From assembly GCA_013203475.1 (NCBI GenBank), contig JABMNV010000137.1, positions 1 through 63,353 of the forward strand: a stretch of 63,353 nucleotides of DNA, read 5' to 3'. The notes under the pieces were generated by a model, which searched no databases, was not told the DNA's origin, and was given only the letters and a program-made list of their open reading frames with translations. The stretch is from Acidobacteriota bacterium. GTDB lineage: Bacteria > Acidobacteriota > Vicinamibacteria > Vicinamibacterales > SCN-69-37. This document shows positions 1 to 8,185 of this stretch, one piece after another; within the stretch, counting starts at the first letter, position 1; every line of letters begins with the position of its first letter. Position numbers and translations under genes: made by a program.

Positions 1-79
1 CCCGTCGTGTTTGTTTGGACCCCATTTGGGACATCGTATCCGCCTCTCGGAAAGTGTCCTCCGGATCGGATCAAGCCCA
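1..79 (-). mobile_element. Left end (IRL plus start of orfA) of a probable IS3-family insertion sequence, truncated by the window edge
   Basis: Minus strand from 79 reads TGGGCTTGATCCGATCCGGAGGACACTTTCC: terminal TG with GGACAC at position 21, the IS3-family IR layout. An ATG at 34 gives MSQMGSKQTRR, like the basic N-terminus of IS3 OrfA. DrmD similarity stops at this point. Confidence 0.65.
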
Positions 80-1139
80 CAGCGAGGCCGTCGATCGCAA
101 CCTCCACCACCTTGCGCTCGGGGAATCCGCCGACCATCTTCCGCAGGTCATCCTTGAGCCGCCGGACCATCACCGGGTCCAGTTGCTTGGCCGACTCGAC
201 AGGCACACCGCGGCAGAACCGCTGCGGGTCAAGAATCTCGAGTAGGGCAGAAAAACTGTTGGAGTGGCCGTTGTGAGGCGTGGCCGACAGGAACAGGCGA
301 TGCTGGAATCTGGGAGCGAGTTCGCGAATGGACTTCGTGAACTGCGAATCCACGGCGTACTTCGCACCGCTCGCCGGAGCCGTATTGTGGGCCTCGTCAA
401 GAATCAAGAGGCTGTCGCCGCTGTCCATGTCGAGCCAGGCCCTGAGCGTCGAGCCATAGTCCTCATCCTGCAACAGGTGATGCGACACGATGAACCGCGA
501 ATGCGTGGTCCAGGGATTGATGCCGTACCCTCGCTCCATCCGCATCCGGTGCAGATACTCACGGTCGAAGACGACGAACGTAAGACCGAACCGTTGGTCC
601 AGCTCTTCCTTCCACTGAAGGACCACCGAAGGCGGTGCGGCAACGACAATGCGCCGAATGCGCTGCCGCATCAGCAGTTCGCGGACAATCAGACCAGCTT
701 CAATCGTCTTGCCAAGGCCGACGTCATCGGCGATGAACAAATTGACCCGGGGCAGGAGCAGCGCCTTCCGGAGGGGTTCGAGCTGGTAGGCGTCAATCCG
801 AATGCCCGCGCGATAGGGGGCCTGAAACAACTTGGGATCGGTGGACGTGACCGTGTTCCACCGCAGCGTCCGGTAGTAGGCCGCGAAGAACTTCGTCGGG
901 TCGAACTGTCCCTTGGACAACTTCGACCAGTCGGCCTCATTGATCCGCTCCGCGTCGACCTCGCTTTCCCACAGGACCTGTAATTCCTCGCCCTCCGCGT
1001 CATCCTCCAGGCACGAGAGGCGGACGAGGGTGTCATCGCCAGGTTCGGGGGGCGCGGTTACTTCTTCGACGAGATACCGACGCGACCGGACTCGGACGAT
1101 GTCGCCCTGGGCGGGTGGGATGTCGATGGCGGTGGGCAT
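80..1139 (-). pseudogene. drmD: DISARM SNF2-like helicase DrmD, N-terminal ~353 codons, interrupted by the IS
   Basis: Manual translation (absent from the ORF track because no stop lies in the window): MPTAIDIPPAQGDIVRVRSRRYLVEEV...FQAPYRAGIRIDAYQLEPLRKALLLPRVNLFIADDVGLGKTIEAGL (Walker A)...LILDEAHN (DExH)...LFLSATPHNGHSNSFSALLEILDPQRF...MVRRLKDDL. Alternative in-frame ATG at 1151. Confidence 0.85.
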
Positions 1140-1175
1140 GAGCAGGGGCATTCTGGAACGGGTCGGGCACGACTG

Positions 1176-1310
1176 CGTTTGGGAGACGTGTGTCGCGTCG
1201 TTCCTGCGACCGACCTTTGCGAGCACTGCGGTCCAGGCCCTATCAGGCTGGGCCGCAGTAAGCGGCGAGCGGGAGGACGCGGGAACGACCCGACGCACGT
1301 CTCCAAAACG
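1176..1310. repeat. 33-bp imperfect inverted repeat with 69-bp spacer (MITE/REP-like)
   Basis: 1176-1208 cgtttgggagacgtgtgtcgcgtcgttcctgcg versus reverse complement of 1278-1310 cgttttggagacgtgcgtcgggtcgttcccgcg: 29/33 identical. Confidence 0.8.
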
Positions 1311-1362
1311 TTCCCGGGGCCACTGAATAAACCAATTGGCCCGTTCTTCCGTCCAATCTACC

Positions 1363-1524
1363 ATGTCGTTTCTCACACGTATTTTCGGAAAGTCTGAACC
1401 CAAGAAACGCATTCGTGTCTGTGTCGAATGCGGCATGCCCATCGCCGAACACAAGGAGTGGTGTTCGATTCTGCAAGGGCAAATAGAAAGGGAAGCGTTC
1501 AAGAGCGACCGGCTCAAGACGTAG
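1363..1524 (+). CDS. Small (53 aa) hypothetical protein with CxxC-x6-H-x3-C putative metal site
   Basis: MSFLTRIFGKSEPKKRIRVCVECGMPIAEHKEWCSIL...; protein-like composition, fills an intergenic gap. Confidence 0.6.
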   Translation: MSFLTRIFGKSEPKKRIRVCVECGMPIAEHKEWCSILQGQIEREAFKSDRLKT

Positions 1525-1633
1525 TTGGGCGGGTGCCGCCAAGGTGCCATGACGTGGAGATTTGCGCTGTCAATGACGCGTAGTCTGGCCTGAAGTTTGT
1601 GCGCCGTGTCAAGGATCGGTGACACTCTTGGCG

Positions 1634-2088
1634 ATGCGAACAGTCGCTCCCCTCCTCCTTATTCTTCGCGTCGCCGTTGGCCTCGCTGCTTGCTCGGCGA
1701 ACCAAAGAGACTCGCAGCGCTCCAAGCCGAGGTGGCGGCGACTGATCGAGCATTCTCAGAGGAAGCTCAGCGTATCGGCCTAGGCCTCGCGTTTGCGCAG
1801 TACGGCACGGCCGACTCGATGAACGTGGGAGGGCCAGACGACGCAGGATTCGTTCTCGGCGCAGAAGCCATCGCACGGATGGTCGCCCAAGGTGAGCCGG
1901 CCACTAGCAGTTCGGCCAGATGGTCGTCGGAGCGAACCGTGGTCGCCTCAAGCGGCGACCTTGGCCTGTCGATCGGCTTCATTCTGGTCAACGTTCCGGA
2001 AGGACAGCCCGAGCGCCCGCCGATTCCGTTCTTCACCGTGTGGCGACGAGCCGACCTGGCATCACCCTGGCGGTATGTTGCTGAGTGA
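1634..2088 (+). pseudogene. NTF2-like/DUF4440 lipoprotein, frameshifted near 1711
   Basis: ATG 1634 gives signal and lipobox MRTVAPLLLILRVAVGLAAC. The body (LAALQAEVAATDRAF...ASSGDLGLSIG...FFTVWRR...WRYVAE) is in another frame; one extra C in gact(c) joins them. Confidence 0.6.
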
Positions 2089-3195
2089 AGTCCGGTCCGG
2101 CCTCGTCAGTGCCAACAGCGGGTCGCGCTCCTTATCCAGAATCATTCGTGTCACCACGTCGGCCGTGTAGGGCGCCAGCAGGATGCCATTGCGATAGTGT
2201 CCCGCCGCCAGCGTGATGCGGGGATGGTCTTTCAGGGGGCCAAGCAGCGGCAACTGATCCGCGGTGGCGGGCCGTAACCCGACGCGCACACTGCGCAGTG
2301 ACGCGCGCGCTGCAGCAGGCAACAGCTCGGACACGGCGTCCATCAGCCCGCGAACGCCGTCCACGGTCGACCGTTCGTCGAATCCGACATCTTCAACCGT
2401 CGCCCCCACCAGTACCGTCCCATCCGGCCAGGGCACGGTGTAGCATCGAGGCCCCCAGACCGACCGCCGCGGCAGCGCCGCATCAGTCCAGGCGAGGTGC
2501 AGGAGTTGTCCGCGAACAGGCCGAACAGGAAACACTGGCGCCCCGGCCACCCGCACGCGCCTGGACCAACTGCCCGCCGCAATGACTACGTGATCGACCT
2601 CAAGCGGGCGCGAGGACGCCGGGTCGCCGACGCGCACGTGTACGACGTCGGATTTCTGTTCGATGTGAATTATCTCGGTGGGCGTCTCACAGGTGGCCCC
2701 ATGCTGGCGCGCCGCAGACATCAATGCGGCCACCAGGGCAGGCACATCCACATGTGCGTGGCCCGCGATGTAGAGGCCCGAGGTCGCCAGCGCGCTCGCC
2801 TGTGGTTCGAAGTCCTTGAGCGCCGCACGGTCGAGCCATTCGTGCGCGACGCCTTCTGCTGCAAGCCACGCCGCAGACTGCTGCAAATGACTGCCGCCGG
2901 CATCCCCAAATGCGACCTCGAGTGTGCCGGTTCGCGCGTAGTGAAACGACCGGCTTGAACGAGCGAGCACGGCGGCCACCCAGTCGTCCCACATGGACAG
3001 ACTTCGCGCGCCAAGGGCGAGCAACGGGCTCCCTGATGTGGCTTCGATATAGGGGCACAGCACCCCGGCCGACGCCTGAGACGCGCCCTTCCCCGGCGCC
3101 CGCATGTCGTACATGAACACCTCGGCGCCTCGCACAGCCAGCGCGTCCGCGACCGCGGCGCCAATGATTCCTGCTCCGATGATGGCGATTCTCAA
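2062..3195 (-). CDS. thiO: Glycine oxidase ThiO / FAD-dependent oxidoreductase
   Basis: IIGAGIIG FAD motif, ASQASAGVL, PVRGQ, GLRP, GHYRNGILLAP; TTG start. Confidence 0.85.
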   Translation of the reverse strand: MRIAIIGAGIIGAAVADALAVRGAEVFMYDMRAPGKGASQASAGVLCPYIEATSGSPLLALGARSLSMWDDWVAAVLARSSRSFHYARTGTLEVAFGDAGGSHLQQSAAWLAAEGVAHEWLDRAALKDFEPQASALATSGLYIAGHAHVDVPALVAALMSAARQHGATCETPTEIIHIEQKSDVVHVRVGDPASSRPLEVDHVVIAAGSWSRRVRVAGAPVFPVRPVRGQLLHLAWTDAALPRRSVWGPRCYTVPWPDGTVLVGATVEDVGFDERSTVDGVRGLMDAVSELLPAAARASLRSVRVGLRPATADQLPLLGPLKDHPRITLAAGHYRNGILLAPYTADVVTRMILDKERDPLLALTRPDRTSLSNIPPG

Positions 3196-3252
3196 ACGCC
3201 GAAATTATCCCACGCCCCGCCAATGCCGAAGCGCGATGACCCTCCGTGTGGT

Positions 3253-3283
3253 CTCCCGGGGACGCTTTCAGTGTCCTCGGGAG
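3253..3283. other. 13-bp stem hairpin in the divergent intergenic region
   Basis: ctcccggggacgc-tttca-gtgtcctcgggag, with two G-U pairs and no U-tract. Confidence 0.5.
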
Positions 3284-3358
3284 TTGCCAAACGGTCTGCT
3301 GGGAGGCCAGGATGGGGGAAATCAGCTGGCACTGTGACCACCGGAAGCGGTACGAGGC

Positions 3359-4426
3359 TTGCTGGAGTATGAAGTCGTGGATAACGCAGTGTCGGGTAAA
3401 CTTCTGGCGATAGGCCTCTTGAGCGCGGGGTGCCTTGTGGCCGTGACCGGGGGCTATTTCGTCCTCCGTGAGAGTCCGACCGAGTCGGCTTCAGCCGCAG
3501 CGGCCAAGCCAGCCTCGGCGGCCCAGGCCCAACCTGCCTCAGTCACCCCTGCCCAGCCTGTGGCAGAGATCCCAGCCGCGCGGGTCAAGTCACCGGCGGC
3601 CCCGGATCCAGCCAAGGCTGAGCGCCCTCAAGGCGTCACGGACGTCACGTCCATCGCGTCGACGCCACCGGCGCCCCGAATAACCGTGGCGTCGAACGCG
3701 CCTCCCGTGGTGACGCCGCTGCCAGAGCCTCCGGAACCTGCACTGGTTCCAGCGTTGGCCGAATCGCCAGTGCCCTTGACACCTGCTCTGCCGCCGCCGC
3801 CCGCGCCAACCCAACCGGCGAATGCCCCGACACGTTATGTGCCGGACTTGCCTTCGCCGCCCCAGCCAGCTCTCGCGGAACCGCCGTTGCCCCAGTTCGA
3901 CGAACTGGACGAACTCATTGTCGATAAACACTCCGTGATTGGTATCCGCCTCGACGACACGCTGACAACGAAGACGGCTCGAGTGGAAGACCGTATCTCG
4001 GCAACGGTCAGTCGCGACGTCACGGTGGCCGGACGGACGGCCATCCCTGCCGGCGTTCGGCTTGAGGGAACCGTAGTCCTAATCGAACGGGGCGGTCGCT
4101 TCAAGAACCGACCCCGGATCGGCCTGCGTTTCGAACGAGTGATTCTGGCGGACGGCACGCGGCTTTCCATCTCCACCGACACGATTTTCCGCGAGGGTGA
4201 CAATCCGACTGCCAACGCCACCGCCAAAGTGGGCGCAGGCGCCGTGGCCGGTGCCATCCTGGGCGCCGTGCTCGGCGGCAAGAAGGGCGCGGCTATCGGC
4301 TCCGCCGCCGGAGCGGCCGGAGGAGCCGCCGCGGTCATGAAGGACGACGAGGGCGAGGTCAAGCTCCCCGCAGGCGCACCACTGACCGTTCGTCTCAACG
4401 AAGACGTGACCATTGTCATTCGCTGA
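3359..4426 (+). CDS. Membrane-anchored protein: TM, Pro/Ala-rich linker, TrbI/VirB10-like beta domain with glycine zipper
   Basis: N-terminal TM; long Pro-rich stalk; IPAGVRLEGTV...GRFKNRPRIGLRF; GAGAVAGAILGAVLGGKKGAAIG. Start may be GTG 3389. Confidence 0.7.
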   Translation: MLEYEVVDNAVSGKLLAIGLLSAGCLVAVTGGYFVLRESPTESASAAAAKPASAAQAQPASVTPAQPVAEIPAARVKSPAAPDPAKAERPQGVTDVTSIASTPPAPRITVASNAPPVVTPLPEPPEPALVPALAESPVPLTPALPPPPAPTQPANAPTRYVPDLPSPPQPALAEPPLPQFDELDELIVDKHSVIGIRLDDTLTTKTARVEDRISATVSRDVTVAGRTAIPAGVRLEGTVVLIERGGRFKNRPRIGLRFERVILADGTRLSISTDTIFREGDNPTANATAKVGAGAVAGAILGAVLGGKKGAAIGSAAGAAGGAAAVMKDDEGEVKLPAGAPLTVRLNEDVTIVIR

Positions 4427-4461
4427 CAACCTGTAGTGGAACTCGCTCCTATAATGGCGGG

Positions 4462-5007
4462 ATGAGACACTTTGCTGCCATCGGCATCGCATCACTCGTC
4501 GCCCTGAGCCCGGCGACAAGCCTCGCTTGGCAAAACGACGGCGGGACAAAGACCCAGATCGAGGGCGTGCGCAACTACACCAAGGTGGACGCCACGATTG
4601 GGTGTGCTGGCGCGACCGACCCGAAAGCGTTCGTGGAGATTGCCGGGTTCGGCTACAAGGCCATACTCAATCTGCGCGAAGCCACCGAAACGGATGCCGC
4701 CATCGATGAATCGCGAACAGCGGCCGAGGCCGCAGGGTTGACGTACATCCACTTGCCGTTCAAAGGGTCGGAGCCAGATTCGAAAGTGGTCGATGCCTTT
4801 CTCGTCATCGTGACCGACACGCAGAACCAGCCGCTGTTTATTCACTGTGCCAGCGCCAACCGCGTGGGCTCGCTGTGGCTCGTCAAGCGCATGCTCGTTG
4901 ACGGCTGGACGGAAGAACGCGCGGTGGCCGAAGCCAAGGCCCTTGGCCTCACGAGCGCGATACTCCAGACGTTTGCGCTCGACTACGTCGCCACGCACAA
5001 GCGCTGA
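4462..5007 (+). CDS. Exported tyrosine-phosphatase-fold protein (DUF442/Blh-like)
   Basis: Signal peptide, ILNLR, HCASANR CX5R loop. Confidence 0.8.
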   Translation: MRHFAAIGIASLVALSPATSLAWQNDGGTKTQIEGVRNYTKVDATIGCAGATDPKAFVEIAGFGYKAILNLREATETDAAIDESRTAAEAAGLTYIHLPFKGSEPDSKVVDAFLVIVTDTQNQPLFIHCASANRVGSLWLVKRMLVDGWTEERAVAEAKALGLTSAILQTFALDYVATHKR

Positions 5008-5008
5008 C

Positions 5009-6472
5009 GTGACGGATCCGACCAGCACACCTCCGCCCTTCGGCGACATGCCGCCGGACGAGTTCCGGCGACACGCCCACACCCTCGTCGAGTGGGCAGC
5101 CGGATATTTCGAACAGATCGAGACACACGCCGTGTTATCGCAGGTCGAACCGGGCGACGTCAGACGTGCACTGCCGGATCACGCTCCTGAACAGCCCGAA
5201 CCCTTCGAACAGGTAATCGCCGATCTTGATCGCATCATTCTGCCCGCCGCCACTCATTGGAATCATCCCGGGTTCTTCGCGTACTTCGCCATTACCGGCT
5301 CGGCGCCGGGCGTGCTGATGGACCTGGTGTCGTCAGCGCTCAATCAGCAGGCGATGTTATGGCGCACGTCCCCGGCGGCCACTGAGCTTGAGGAAGTCAC
5401 GCTTCGGTGGCTCGCCCGCCTGATGCACCTGCCCGACGTGGTCGAGGGGGTGATCTATGACACCGCATCCATCTCAACGTTGCACGCGCTGGCCGCGGCA
5501 CGAGAAGTGGCCGTTCCAGACGTGCGCACCAAGGGCCTGGCGGGGCGGGACCTGCCCCGCTTGCGCGTCTACTGCTCGGAACATGCGCACTCGTCGGTGG
5601 ACAAAGCCGTGATCGCGCTCGGCCTCGGGCATGAGTCGCTTCGGCGCATTCCGGCCGACGACGCGTTCAGCATGCGCATCGATCAACTGGAAGTCGCGAT
5701 CGCCGACGACCTCGTGGCCGGGATCAAGCCGATTGCCGTGGTGGCCACGATCGGCACCACCTCAAGCACGTCGGTAGACGATGTGGACGCGGTGGCAACC
5801 ATCGCGGAACGTGAGGGCCTGTGGCTGCACGTCGATGCGGCGTATGCAGGTGTAATGGCGATGGTGCCCGAGTTCGCCTGGATGCGGGCAGGGCTCAACC
5901 GGGCCGATTCCATTGTCGTCAATCCGCACAAGTGGCTCTTTACGCCGTTCGACTTAAGCGTCTTGTTTACGAAGCGGATGGACGTGATCCGCCAGGCGTT
6001 TTCGCTGACGCCCGAGTATCTCAAGACCTCCGAGGCCGGCACCGTGAAGAACCTGATGGATACCGGCGTCCAGTTGGGTCGACGATTCCGCGCGTTGAAG
6101 TTGTGGGCAGTCCTGCGGTACTTCGGCGCCGAGGGCGTGCGGGCACGGCTGCGCGAACACTGTCGGCTGGCGCAACTCTTCGCTTCGTGGGTGGATGCCG
6201 ATCCGGACTGGGAGCGCCTGGCACCAGTGCCGTTCTCGGTCGTGTGTTTTCGCGCCTGTCCACCTGAGGCTGCCGCACGCGACCTCGACGCGCTCACGCA
6301 CGCGATTATCGACCGGGTCAACAAGAGCGGTGACGTGTTTATCTCGCACACCTCGCTGAACAACCAGATCGTGATTCGCCTGGCCGTTGGCAATTTGCGC
6401 ACCGAAGAGCGGCATCTTCGTCGCGCCTGGGAGTTGCTGCACATGGCCTTGAAGGAACTGGAGACACCATGA
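5009..6472 (+). CDS. PLP-dependent aromatic-L-amino-acid decarboxylase (group II)
   Basis: THWNHPGFFAYF, SPAATELE, HSSVDKA, WLHVDAAYAG, NPHKWL (PLP lysine), GRRFRALKLW; GTG start just after the upstream stop. Confidence 0.9.
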   Translation: MTDPTSTPPPFGDMPPDEFRRHAHTLVEWAAGYFEQIETHAVLSQVEPGDVRRALPDHAPEQPEPFEQVIADLDRIILPAATHWNHPGFFAYFAITGSAPGVLMDLVSSALNQQAMLWRTSPAATELEEVTLRWLARLMHLPDVVEGVIYDTASISTLHALAAAREVAVPDVRTKGLAGRDLPRLRVYCSEHAHSSVDKAVIALGLGHESLRRIPADDAFSMRIDQLEVAIADDLVAGIKPIAVVATIGTTSSTSVDDVDAVATIAEREGLWLHVDAAYAGVMAMVPEFAWMRAGLNRADSIVVNPHKWLFTPFDLSVLFTKRMDVIRQAFSLTPEYLKTSEAGTVKNLMDTGVQLGRRFRALKLWAVLRYFGAEGVRARLREHCRLAQLFASWVDADPDWERLAPVPFSVVCFRACPPEAAARDLDALTHAIIDRVNKSGDVFISHTSLNNQIVIRLAVGNLRTEERHLRRAWELLHMALKELETP

Positions 6473-7278
6473 CCATTCCCGTGATCCGTGGGCGACTGCC
6501 AGAGACGCGGGAGAAGGAATTCAAGGAGTTTCAACACTACGACTCCGGGCGTGCTGATGAAGAGGCCATCAAGCTCACGGGCGACGTCGAGGAGCCGTGG
6601 CCCGAGATTATTCGAACCCATGAGCCCTCTATGTTTCCTGCAACGGAGCGTCTACTGGCTGACGCCGGACTCATGGCCAGAATCAAGGGCTCGGTCATCG
6701 ACGTGGGCGCTGGCACCTGCTTCTTGACGGGCAAGTTGTCGCAGCTGACGGCCGTCGAGCACGTCTACGCAATTGACCTCTCTGAAACGTTTCTCAAGAC
6801 GATTGGCACAAGGATTCTGAAACACGTCGGTGCGCTGACTGAAAAGATCACGTTCGTGGCGACAGACTTCAATCACATCCCACTGCTGGCTGCGTCCGCA
6901 GACACCGCATTCATTTTCGCGGCAATTCACCATTCCTTGTCACCGATCAAGACCCTTCAGGAAGTTGGTCGCGTCGTCAAACCTGGCGGCACGATCATCA
7001 TCATGGAGAATCCCAAGGCCGTCACCAAGATACGAAGCGCGAGGCGTGAGTCGCTCGCCCTCAGCACAGAGACCACCGAAATCTGCTACACCATCGGAGA
7101 GTTCGAGTACCTGATCGCCTGCGCCAACATCGGCCCGTGTGAGGTGATCCGTTGGGATGTGCTGAGCCGGCCGGGCCCGCGGCGATGGATTCGCACTGTG
7201 GTGCGCGCACTCGGCCTGGAGCACGTCATCCTCAATCCGCCGAACTATCTCTTCGTGATTTCGCGCAAAGGGGATTAG
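6469..7278 (+). CDS. Class I SAM-dependent methyltransferase
   Basis: VIDVGAGT motif I, YAIDLS, AIHH, RVVKPGG; ATGA overlap with the decarboxylase. Confidence 0.85.
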   Translation: MTIPVIRGRLPETREKEFKEFQHYDSGRADEEAIKLTGDVEEPWPEIIRTHEPSMFPATERLLADAGLMARIKGSVIDVGAGTCFLTGKLSQLTAVEHVYAIDLSETFLKTIGTRILKHVGALTEKITFVATDFNHIPLLAASADTAFIFAAIHHSLSPIKTLQEVGRVVKPGGTIIIMENPKAVTKIRSARRESLALSTETTEICYTIGEFEYLIACANIGPCEVIRWDVLSRPGPRRWIRTVVRALGLEHVILNPPNYLFVISRKGD

Positions 7279-7709
7279 CTCCGCCAGGCCTCGGTCCACG
7301 TCACGCCGTGGTCGTCGCTCTGCAGCGCCACGACCCCGTGCTGTGGCATCGGTCCGCTGGCGGGCGACAGAGCTGCGAGCAGGTCGGGCAGATGCGGCCA
7401 GTGCCCGACCAGGGCAACATCACGCGACTCAGCCAGCAGCGTGTGCTGCATCACCGCAGGCGAGTCTCCGGGGCTGAGTCCGCGCACCATCTTGAACTGC
7501 GCGAAGGGCACACAGACGCGCAGAAAGGCCTCGCCCGTCTGTCGCGACCGAAGCTTGCCGCTGTGCCAAATGGCCGCCGGTGCCGCGCCGCGACTCCTGG
7601 CCAACTCCGCCATCTTTGCAGCGTGTTCCAATCCGGGCGTCGACAGCGGACGCTGAGGGTCGACGTGTGGACCGACCGCATCGGCGTGATGAATCAGCAA
7701 GATCGTCAC
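7275..7709 (-). CDS. sixA: SixA-like histidine phosphatase
   Basis: LIHHADA (RHA variant), RPLS, HSGKLRSRQT, LVGHWP. Confidence 0.75.
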   Translation of the reverse strand: MTILLIHHADAVGPHVDPQRPLSTPGLEHAAKMAELARSRGAAPAAIWHSGKLRSRQTGEAFLRVCVPFAQFKMVRGLSPGDSPAVMQHTLLAESRDVALVGHWPHLPDLLAALSPASGPMPQHGVVALQSDDHGVTWTEAWRS

Positions 7710-8185
7710 AGCAGCTCGACGATGTCTTTGCGAATCGCCTGCGGCGTATCAATCGATCCATACCGCTTGACGACAGTGCCGGCTGAGTCCACCAGGAACT
7801 TGGTGAAGTTCCACTTGATGGCCTGCGTACCGAGAATGCCAGGCTGTTCGGCCGCCAGCCACTTGAAAAGGGGATGGCCGGTCGGGCCCTTGATCGCAAC
7901 CTTACTGAACAGCGGAAAGGTCACATTGAATCTGGTGCTGCAGAACGACTCAATCTGCGCGCCGTCTCCGGGCTCCTGGCCGCCGAAGTCGTTCGAAGGA
8001 AACCCGAGGACGACCAGGCCCTTGTCTTTGAACTCGCGATACAGGGCCTCAAGGCCCTCGTATTGAGGCGTGTATCCACACTCGCTCGCCGTGTTTACGA
8101 TCAGCAAGGTCTTCCCCCGATAGTCGACCATCATCGTGGAGGTGCCATCGATTCGATCAACGGCAATGTCATAGAGGGCCGACAC
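7706..8185 (-). CDS. gpx: Glutathione peroxidase family protein (Cys type)
   Basis: VNTASECGYTPQY, LGFPSNDFGGQEPG, IKWNFTKFLVD. Confidence 0.92.
   Translation of the reverse strand: MSALYDIAVDRIDGTSTMMVDYRGKTLLIVNTASECGYTPQYEGLEALYREFKDKGLVVLGFPSNDFGGQEPGDGAQIESFCSTRFNVTFPLFSKVAIKGPTGHPLFKWLAAEQPGILGTQAIKWNFTKFLVDSAGTVVKRYGSIDTPQAIRKDIVELL

Noticed and set aside
264-983. 239-aa plus-strand ORF
   Set aside because: Antisense shadow of drmD; the helicase motifs are on the minus strand.
3200-3350. TPP or glycine riboswitch upstream of thiO
   Set aside because: A hairpin is present, but I could not find the conserved TPP (CUGAGA, AGCGnAGG) or glycine aptamer cores.
3359-4426. Type IV secretion / conjugation locus
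   Set aside because: Only a lone VirB10-like beta domain; no other T4SS genes nearby.
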